Assembly (NCBI RefSeq): GCF_000400465.1
Contig: NW_008806275.1
Location: forward strand, 145,280 to 177,279
Origin: Wallemia ichthyophaga EXF-994
Taxonomy: Eukaryota > Fungi > Basidiomycota
DNA length: 32,000 bases
Reading direction: 5' to 3'
Part shown: positions 23,001 through 32,000 of the stretch, piece after piece
Numbering within the stretch: position 1 is the first letter of the stretch
Layout: the number at the start of each line of letters is the position of its first letter
Position numbers and translations under genes: made by a program
The notes under the pieces: generated by a model
Told to the model about the DNA's origin: nothing
Seen by the model: only the letters and a program-made list of their open reading frames with translations
Databases searched by the model: none

Positions 23001-25456
23001 CACCAAATGTCCGATCAACTATCATCTGTGCAGCCTTTCCAGCAACCAACTCAATCAACCGAACCAACTCAACGGTCTCCACGATCTCCACAAACCCAAC
23101 CAACCCAACAATTTCAACCGTCTCCACAAAATAAACCAGTTCAACAAACTCCACAAACTCAACAGTCTCCATCCACAAGTTCCACACACCCTTATAATAC
23201 TGCGCAACCCGTAAAAGCCAATTCAACTTCGGTAGATGTTAATGAGGAGGAAACTGTGGACAATAACGTCAAGGAAATCATGAAGGAGCCATTTGTAGCT
23301 CAACCACAAAGAAGAGTCGAAGACGATCTATTGAATCACTTGGATCTACTACCTGACCACTCAGATAACGACAAAGTAGATGACGCAAATGATGTTGACT
23401 CGGACAATCGTAGTTTTAGTAGGCAGGAGTCTGTAATCAGCTGGGCAGGTGACGATGAAGAGCAGGTGAATTCGAGAAGAAGCGCAGATGGTGGATCGCG
23501 TATTATTCATCGGAAGGGTGTGAGAGTTAGCCGTGAAGTGGAATCACATAGACGCACAATTAGAGAGAACAGACAGAAGGCGTTTGACTCTGACGACTCT
23601 GACGAAGATGGACCGCCCGGTAATCAGCAGAGCTTGGTGCCACCTCATCCTCTTGATGTTGACATGGGCGATCAGGATGAAGATGATCTTGAGCTTATGT
23701 CTAGCCAATTAGAGACTAAGGTTCTAGAAATACCTAGCAGTATGGTTGAGATCAACAAGGATGTTATTGTCCTGTCTAGTGATGATGAAGATGAAGATGA
23801 GGGTAACCAGGGTGGTTCGAAGATGCCTCCTCAAACAGTCAATCCTCGCACTCGCACTAGCGCTTCCTCTCACAGTGGCACTCCTCCTCCAAACCAGCCA
23901 AGTCAACAAAGAAATTCCTCTTTATTCGACTCGAATCAATTTCAACAAATTCATATCAGCCTTCCATTGACTCATCTGACACCTCCACCAACTCCACATA
24001 TTCCACGTTCGCGTTCCAGTGGCCCTACTGCCAATCGCGTGTATGATACCATCAATAGAGAAAGGTTTAGACGCACTGACGATAATGGCTACTACCAAGA
24101 CGAGAACCAAATCGGGGAAGAAAGAGTCGAAAGTGATAAATTAAGCCAGAGCGATGACGAGTGGAATATGGATGATGAGGTACCTGAGAAGCGTTTACGA
24201 ATGTCTAATAAGGCACGTAATCTCAGAAGATCTAATCTAGGTATGATTGACGAGGCTAAAAGAATGCAGAATAAACGCCATAGACACCACCTGAGGCAAG
24301 CAAAGCCACGTGATCTTCTACCCAATGGTCGAAGGATTAAGAGAAAGACAAGGCCTTATGAAGAAGAGTTGATCATACGTGGGTATTCTGCGTTTCATCA
24401 CAAAACCCTGCTGACGTTATTGCGCAATAGGCTACATGGTTAACAGATATCGTCTCGAAAGATGGAAGTTCAACAACAATACAGCAGAATATGCAGATGT
24501 CGACAAAAGTCAATTTCGCTACGTCACTGTGCCCTATAAGTGTTATGCGCAGATGGTCATCGACCATGGGTATCGCGGCAACTTCAGTCAGACACTTTCA
24601 GAAAGAAATAAGTGAGTATCATATTGAATTTGTCGCTATACTGACAATTTAAAGCATTGATATTAAAGATATCGTCCGGAAGTACAATGAACGGCATCTA
24701 AGGAACGGTAGAAAGCTTCACCCGGCGCTGCGCAAGACGACGGGCACATACAAAGCAAATTGGGATACCGATTTCTTGCAAGACACTGATCTGGAAGACG
24801 AACGGGAAAAAGACTTTGTTTCTGAGAGGCAATTAGCACAAGATGTGATAGATCTTTACCCGCAAGTAATTGACGAGGGACTGAATATTCCTGATAGAGA
24901 TGCCGAAAATACTTCAGCAGTAGTGAGTCCGAGGTTAAGTGGTAAACGCCAACGCAAAGGAAAGAGCCAGAATCCAAGTAACGTAAAGCGTAGGCGTTTG
25001 AGTGAGTCTGGTGCAGCGGCAAATACATTGCACACTACAAATCCAGTTCAGCTAGATGGACAAAATAAGCCAAGTCAGGCAGTTCAGCCAGAGCAGTTGA
25101 ATCAGTTAGAGCACCCTTTTTTCTACGATAAGAATGCATTTGGATATGAAACTGAAGTTCCGCAGAGTGAGGATGGAGAAGTAGATGATGGGAATATGGA
25201 TCGAATAGAGAGGGATGGAGAAGAGAGGGAGGATAATGACGATCAACTACATGCAGCAAGTGAGAATGGAATACAACGGTTAGCAGCATCAGATGCTAAT
25301 GAATATGGACAAGATGAGAATGAAATTGGTCAGAACATAGAGCGGGGCATGTTAGAGGAAAATGAGATCCACCGAGTACCAGCGGCAGACGCAAGTCAAT
25401 TAGAAGCCACAGATCAACTCCAACTTGAAAGAGCAAATAAAGACGTAGAATGGTAG
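20096..25456 (+). CDS. 1,723-aa protein, 5 exons; putative diverged TRF/Tbf1-like telomere-repeat-binding factor (TRFH-like N-domain, long disordered/charged-helix linker, telobox-Myb-like domain)
   Basis: Introns 20181-20232, 21548-21589, 24379-24430 and 24612-24654 fuse three track ORFs into one 5,172-nt frame; the gene model is well supported. The domain call rests on remembered fungal Tbf1 motifs and is moderate confidence only (see findings). Confidence 0.75.
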
Positions 25457-25541
25457 CAATGTATGTACTTATATCTCAAATAGAGACGTGTATATCAGTA
25501 GTAATTTATACATTTATACAAATACATCCAATAAAGTCGCA

Positions 25542-26156
25542 TCAGGCGCTTTTCTGGGCATACTTTAGCTTATGCAGGTCTTGTGCCTCCTTTTCACAAG
25601 TCCTCATCCATGTTTCAGTGATAGTGGAGAAAGCGAGTGCGAGTACTGTTCGCGTGGAAACAGTATTGCGATATAAGAGGAGACAGAAGAGGCTGAGAGT
25701 GAGACCGAGCAAGTGAGAACGGGGTTCTGGGATGTTTCTGAGTGCTGGATGTGCAATCAGCATCAGATCACGTTGAGTGAGAGTGTTAAGGAGAGAGGGA
25801 AGCGGGAAAAGAAGTGCAATGAGGTTGAGTACATTACCGCGCATATCAAGACGCAACAGTAACCTGAGATTAGATTTAGTGACGCACTTTTGAGAAGACA
25901 AGACTGACGATAAGAAGTGGGTGGCTATGAAGAGGAGAGTGAATGATCTGTAAATCTTATTCGATGCAGCATTATTTGTAGCTATCCCAGTTACAATTTC
26001 TGTTTGTTCTGCGCCGTGTTAGAAGAGCAATATCATAGAACCAGACGCAGACTGACGGTCTTGATCGAGTAATTGATTTGGGTGCTGAGCGAGCAAGTCA
26101 TCGTCATAATCTTCAGGAAACTTGAAAATGCTCCTCGTTCTCGATCGCAGGTTCAT
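25542..26156 (-). CDS. Small uncharacterised membrane protein, 173 aa, 3 exons
   Basis: Exons 26156-26057, 26008-25909 and 25863-25542, with gtcagt..cag introns of 48 and 45 nt. Features are LLDQDQQTEIV near the N-terminus, several hydrophobic segments, and a C-terminus DLHKLKYAQKSA that resembles an LxKLKYxxKGA-type end I recall from uncharacterised fungal proteins. Confidence 0.75.
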
Positions 26157-26390
26157 TTGGGTGTTAAATTCAAACGGTCATTTGACTGATAGACTAGCTG
26201 CCAGCTAAAAGGTGCTTCTGCGAAAAGGTTCATTTCGCAAGACAGCGTATAAGCAGGCAAACATGAACAGCGACCTGTGTGTACATTGTGTGCTTGGAAC
26301 GCAGTCTACAACTTTCCAAGTCACGCACGTCACAAAAGCAAAGAATCGCGTACATTATATCATTTCATAGCAATTCTAGATACATGACTT

Positions 26391-27543
26391 CTATACTTTC
26401 AATACCTTTTGTACAGCTTTGATTACGTCTGCGTGTATATCAGCACTCGCCGCAATAACTCCCTTGTTATTCTTAAGTGTGCGTCCGAGGGAGAAATCGA
26501 GATCGTTGTTGTGTATGTCAGTCACTTTACCGCCAGCTTCAGCGACGATGAGACGTCCAGGTGCATGGTCCTTTATGTAATGCGTTAATAGGGTTACTTA
26601 AGCTTAAAATAATGTCAACGCACCCAGATCTTCTCCTCGTAATCTGCAGATACAGGCAAACGGAGGTAGATATCACCGTCACCACGTGAAATGGAGCAGT
26701 ATTTAGCTTGAGAATCCATTCTAACAGGCTCGTTGGTTATGCCCAACTCGTTTGCGATGTTTGCAGCGTCAGATTGAGAAGAGTGACCAGATTCAACAGA
26801 TTCACAGAAAGAAGCATATGATAAAGATTCTGGAGTGATTGGGTTCATTCTGATTGGAGTGAGAGTGCCATTTGTTTCGCTGATTGGACGTTGGAAAGCG
26901 CCTTGACCTTTGACAGCAGCTAAAACGACACCCTTTGGACTATCAGGGTTACTTGGGTTTACAGGGAGGTTAGGACATGCTATTACACCCAACTGAACTT
27001 TGCCCTCTACAAGCAAAGCGAGACATACGGCGTATTGGCCACCTCTAAGGAAACCTTTTGTACCGTCGATTGGATCCAAGCACCACATTCTACCACTAGA
27101 ACCACCTTGGAAGGTACCTCTATCGATTGCATCTAACAATACATTTGAATCACGTGAAGTACCCAATTCCAAGTTATCAGATTCACCGATTGATTGTGGC
27201 TTCGATAATTCAGCATTGACGAGCTGGGTGACTCTATTCTTAAGTTGAATTGAAGATTCTGTTGGTTGCTTGAGATCGTTTGCGTCTTCCTCGCCGACGA
27301 TTGGATCATTTGGGAACGATTTTGAAAGGAGGAGAGAAATGAGAGCTTGACAAGAGTAATCTGCGACTATAGAATATGTTTCAGTGAATATCAAACACGT
27401 ATCCCTCCCAACATACCAGTCACAGGAGACTTATCATTCTTTGTGACAGTCTCTGCGGTTACCAACTTGTTAAACACAGATTGAGCTAAATTTGCAGCTC
27501 TGCTAACGACAGTCAATGCGACTTGCAGTTCTGATTTCAACAT
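26391..27543 (-). CDS. MET22: 3'(2'),5'-bisphosphate nucleotidase (PAP phosphatase, Met22/Hal2), 349 aa, 3 exons
   Basis: Motifs KNDKSPVT|VADY, IVGEED, WCLDPIDGTKGFLRGGQYAVCLAL, MDSQAKY and EKIW|DHAPG…EAGG.VTD. Introns 27416-27367 and 26623-26571. Confidence 0.95.
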
Positions 27544-27591
27544 TTCCTCTTTGATTCCCTCTTTGAATATAAACAACCACCTGGAAATGAA
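27544..27591. promoter_or_regulatory. 48-bp (93 bp if NEO1 starts at 27637) divergent intergenic region between MET22 and NEO1
   Basis: Head-to-head ATGs at 27543 (-) and 27592 or 27637 (+). Promoter function is inferred. Confidence 0.5.
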
Positions 27592-30500
27592 ATGAATTCA
27601 TTCAGATTACGCAAAATTAAAAATCATCAAGACACAATGAATAGCCCACACGAAGACGAGCAGAGGTTGTTGGAGGAGCATAATCATAACGATGACGTTG
27701 ATAATGGCACACGCGATATAGACAGCCCTGATAGCCCTGATTTAAATGATTACCGAAGAGTTCCGTTAAACTCACATAAAAAACTCAAACATCCTCCAAA
27801 CAGCATTAGAAACCAGAAATACAACTTAATCACTTTCATTCCCCTCATTTTATACCAACAATTCAAATTTTTCTTCAATTTATACTTTTTATTGGTTGCT
27901 TTATCTCAGTTTATACCTCCGCTGAAAATTGGCTTCATTTCCACTTACATAGCTCCTTTAGCCTTTGTTTTGTTGGTTACCATATCAAAAGAGGCCTATG
28001 ATGATTATTTACGTCAAAAACGAGATAACGAAGTTAATTCTTCACTCTACACCACTCTAACTTCAATTGGTTCTCAATCAACTCCTTCATCATCTATTAA
28101 AGTCGGTGACTTACTATTCCTTGAAAAAAATCAACGCGTACCTGCTGATTTGGTCCTACTAAGGTGTACTGACTCTTCCGGTACTTGTTTCGTCAAAACT
28201 GATCAACTAGACGGTGAAACTGATTGGAAGCTGAAAGTCGCAATCCCTTCCACTCAATCTCTCCCCTCTGACTCTGACTTGCTCAACTTGAAGGCTGATT
28301 TACTCGCTGCTCCTCCCATCAAAGATATTCATTCTTTCAATGGCTCTTTACACCATCATGGATCTAGTCTCTTTCAACACGCACTCCCCGCTGAACCTCT
28401 CTCTGCGGAGAACTGCTTGTGGGCCAACACCGTTTTGGCCGCTGGTTCTGCTATCGGTGTGGTTGTCTATACTGGTAAAGAAACAAGGGCTGTGATGAAC
28501 ACTAGCAATCCTAAAACTAAAGTTGGTTTGCTCGACACCGAGATAAACAGACTAGCAAAGGTTTGTCAAAAGCCTGTCGTCATACAAGCACTAACTATTC
28601 TTTAGATCCTCTGTCTAGTCACTTTCCTACTATCTGTCGCCTTAGTAGCCTTGAACGGCTTCAGAGGCCAGTGGTTCGTCTACATATTCCGCTTCCTCAT
28701 TCTCTTCTCCTCCATCATTCCTATCAGTTTGCGTGTTAATTTAGACATGGGCAAAACAGTATACTCGAAGCAAATTATGAGAGATGCAAACATCCCAGGC
28801 ACAGTAGTGCGCACATCGACTCTCCCTGAAGAGCTTGGTCGTATTTCTTACCTCCTCAGCGACAAAACGGGTACACTCACACAGAATGAGATGATTATGC
28901 GCAAACTGCACATGGGTACTATGTCATACAGCAATGATTCGATGGACGAAGTGCGCTACCAGCTTGCAATGTGTTACGGGGCGCAAGACGACTATGGCTA
29001 TGGCGATAGTGATGAGACGAAAGCACCAACACTAGTCACAGGTATCCAGCTTGCAAATCGCGGGCGTCGCGACATGAGCTCGCGCGTAAAGGATGTAATT
29101 ATGGCTTTATCGCTGTGTCACAATGTCACACCCGTCACAAACGATGACGACACCGTATCATACCAAGCCTCTTCGCCTGACGAAGTAGCCATAGTGAACT
29201 GGACGGAAAGTATCGGTATGGCTCTCGTGCAGCGTGATCGTCAACGCATAACCCTGCGCACTCCCTCTGGGCTTCATATCTCGTATGACATTCTCCAACT
29301 GTTCCCATTCACTTCCGAGTCGAAGCGGATGGGAATCATCGTGCGTGACACCATCTCTGGCATAATCACATTTTACGAAAAAGGCGCAGACGTCGTCATG
29401 CTCCCGCGTGTCCAGCGTCAGGATTGGCTTGAGGAGGAGACGGGTAATATGGCGCGCGAGGGGCTGCGTACGTTGGTAGTGGCGCAGAAGGTACTCACTT
29501 CGAGCACATATGATGCGTTCGAGCAGGCTTACACGAGCGCTAAAGTTGGCGTAAGTATGGGTAGACTAGACGTAACACCTGAAAGTGTCGTCGATCAGCT
29601 CCTTGAACACGACCTAGAGCTTCTCGGTCTCACTGGTGTAGAAGACAAGCTGCAAGAGGATGTCAAGCCGACACTCGAACTGCTCCGCAATGCAGGGCTC
29701 AAAATATGGATGCTGACGGGTGACAAGATTGAGACAGCAACGTGCATTGCCATCTCGAGTAAACTCGTCTACCGCAATCAGTATATACACCAAATAGCCA
29801 AGGCTGGCTCTGTGCAGGAAATTAAAGATCACCTCGACTTCCTCCAGTCAAAACCAGATTCATGTCTCGTCATCGACGGTGATTCACTTAATGTGGGTGA
29901 GGTGTTTCTGTTTTGTACAGCGCTTATCATTTCCAGCTCTGTCTAAACAACCTCAAACCGGAATTCATACAGGTGGCAACGCAGCTATCTGTTGTCGTTG
30001 CTTGCAGATGCTCGCCTACGCAGAAAGCTGAAATCGCCAATCTCATCCGCTCGCACACCAGGCGGCGCGTGTGTTGTATAGGAGATGGTGGAAACGATGT
30101 TTCTATGATCCAAGCTGCAGATGTCGGTGTCGGTATCGTTGGCAAAGAAGGCAAACAGGCTTCACTAGCAGCTGACTTTTCGGTGATGCAGTTCTCTTTC
30201 CTCACTCGCTTGCTGGTGTGGCATGGCAGAAACTCGTACAAGCGCTCAGCGAAGCTGGCACAGTTCGTCATACATCGCGGTCTTATCATATCGATCATCC
30301 AGGCTGTCTTCAGTGCTATTATGTATTTCGCCCCTATCGCCATCTACCAGGGCTACCTGATGGTGGGATACTCAACAATTTACACTATGGCACCTGTCTT
30401 TTCACTCGTGTTGGACAGAGATGTTAATGAGGATCTGGCCCTTTTATATCCGGAGTTATACAAGGAGCTTACTAAGGGTCGCATACTATCGCTAAAGACC

Positions 30501-30970
30501 TTCTTCATATGGATGATGGTTTCCGTGTACCAGGGTGGCGCAATCATGATTATGACGCTCGTCCTGTTTGAGAATGAGTTCCTCAATATCGTCGCTATCT
30601 CATTCACGTCACTGATTGTGAACGAACTTATAATGGTCGCGCTCGAAATCACTACTTGGCATCGCTACATGGTCATCGCGGAGATCGTAACCCTAATCAT
30701 TTACATCCTCAGTATGGTGCTTCTTCCTGAATATTTCGGTATGTGCGTGTACGAGTGATTATCACTACTCACAGCCCTTGCAGACCTTTCGTTCGTCTTC
30801 TCATTCCGATTCGTGTGGAAAGTTGCGGTGATTGTTGCCGTTTCTTCCTTACCTTTGTATGCCTACAAAGCATTCAAGTCGAGGTTCGCACCTGCCAACT
30901 ATGCGAAATTGTCATGTGAGTAAGGGTAATTTCCGGTTGTGGATATTACTGACGACAAACAGATCTGTAG
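27592..30970 (+). CDS. NEO1: P4B-ATPase phospholipid flippase (Neo1/ATP9), ~1,050-1,065 aa, 5 exons
   Basis: Motifs [48 protein letters not shown] and [12 protein letters not shown]. Introns 28561-28605, 29893-29936, 30739-30783 and 30916-30962. The start codon could be 27592 or 27637. Confidence 0.95.
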
Positions 30971-31067
30971 GAATATGATGCAAATTGTATAGAAATGTAT
31001 ATAATACAACCCTTGATTACATTGCTTTATAGAAGATAAATGAAAATAATTCTATCCACTCACCATG

Positions 31068-32000
31068 TCAAACGTTATCCTCACGCCTGACCTTTTCATT
31101 CTCTTGATCATCCAGATTTTGAGAATTGTCTTGAGCAGTTCTTGCATTTCTAGCATTTTCATTGTCTCCGTCATCACCGCTATCACCGTTTTCACTATCT
31201 TTTGTATCCCCATTCTCATTCGCATTCTTCTCCTCTTGTTCGAGTTTAATGCGAAGAGTGCTACCCCAATGTGAATCGATGATTTTCTGACCAAAGAATC
31301 TGACGAGCAGGCCAAATGCGACTGGTCCAATAATGGTATTCCATGCAACGGCCCAGATGCCGATCAAGTAAGTCTCGGTGTCCATCACAGAGATAGCGCC
31401 GGGGGAGTTGGCATTCGCTTGTGTAGTACTAAGACTGACTTGTAGAATCAACACACCTATCTCGCCTCTCGCCAACATGGCACTGCCAAGAATAAGACCC
31501 GAGATCCAGCTATTTTTGTTTGGTTTTCCGAGACCCCACTTTGTTTTCTTCTTTTGGTTCTCCGCGTCGCCGACGATTATTGTCTCTTTGGAAATGCAGT
31601 CGCGTATCGGGATCCATATCCCGACGAGCAGCTTACCGATAAGCATAAGGACACTGTACACCAAACCCTGCCAGAATCTCTTGGCGGTGAAGAGATCGAG
31701 GAATGGTATACAGTAACCGATAGACGCGAAGAAAATAGATGCAAAGTAGCGTTTGAGGAGTGGTTCGAATATCTCCTCGAAAATGTGTTTGTAGTTTAGG
31801 ACATCATCGCGGTTAGATGGCCAGACTACGAGCGTCATACCGGCTAAGAAGGCACCGAGAAGCATAGTGGTGTGTATGTAGTAGCTGATGGCTAAGTAAG
31901 CGGCTAGGACGAGGAAGCCGACAGTGCAGCCGCCTCTGTAGCCACCATAGTGGGTGAGAGGACGCTCAATCCAGCGTCTGTACACCGGCCTGAACGCGTA
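31068..32000 (-). CDS. Cation/H+ antiporter (Na_H_Exchanger, CPA2/Kha1-like), 3' part only
   Basis: Multi-TM ORF running off the window edge, with LLGAFLAGM, FFASIGY.IP, GKLLVG and AMLARGEIG, ending in an acidic tail. Confidence 0.8.
   Translation of the reverse strand, partial: YAFRPVYRRWIERPLTHYGGYRGGCTVGFLVLAAYLAISYYIHTTMLLGAFLAGMTLVVWPSNRDDVLNYKHIFEEIFEPLLKRYFASIFFASIGYCIPFLDLFTAKRFWQGLVYSVLMLIGKLLVGIWIPIRDCISKETIIVGDAENQKKKTKWGLGKPNKNSWISGLILGSAMLARGEIGVLILQVSLSTTQANANSPGAISVMDTETYLIGIWAVAWNTIIGPVAFGLLVRFFGQKIIDSHWGSTLRIKLEQEEKNANENGDTKDSENGDSGDDGDNENARNARTAQDNSQNLDDQENEKVRREDNV

Noticed and set aside
22190-23180. Repeat-like periodicity considered as a CRISPR array or mobile element
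   Set aside because: The repeats are degenerate, in-frame and coding, inside a eukaryotic exon. There are no spacers, terminal inverted repeats, LTRs or transposase/RT motifs anywhere in the window.
13862-26596. TAGGGTTA (telomere/Tbf1-site-like) at 13862 (reverse), 17222, 18516 and 26589
   Set aside because: Four hits against roughly one expected, noticed post hoc. Two are intronic and none forms a tandem telomeric array, so this is not enough to claim binding sites.
26555-26630. MET22 motif reads WDHAPG rather than the usual WDHAAG
   Set aside because: I recall the Pro variant in other basidiomycete Hal2 proteins, and the other catalytic motifs are intact, so it is probably lineage-normal.

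Overview
This is eukaryotic (fungal) genomic DNA, not prokaryotic. It is gene-dense, several intergenic gaps are under 100 bp, and I resolved 28 GT-AG introns by hand, all 42-59 nt and all restoring the reading frame. That architecture suggests a compact basidiomycete genome (Wallemia-like; inference only). The ORF track fragments most genes. After splicing, the window holds 13 complete genes and 1 partial gene. In order: an F-box/LRR-like protein; two tandem, apparently paralogous proteins with an unassigned domain plus a RanBP2-type zinc finger; SPF1 (P5A-ATPase); a Utp16/Bud21-like acidic-basic protein; a Ser/Arg-rich repeat protein; an FGD-like DH-PH-FYVE RhoGEF; a short Zn2Cys6 factor whose zinc cluster needs a 6-nt microexon; ERG25; a 1,723-aa protein that appears to be a highly diverged TRF/Tbf1-like telomere-repeat factor; a small conserved-looking membrane protein; MET22/HAL2; NEO1 (P4-ATPase); and the 3' part of a cation/H+ antiporter. 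The best leads are the giant TRFH+Myb-like protein, the tandem zinc-finger paralog pair and the microexon. I saw no rRNA, tRNA, CRISPR or transposon signal. All family calls come from remembered motifs; no database searches were run.
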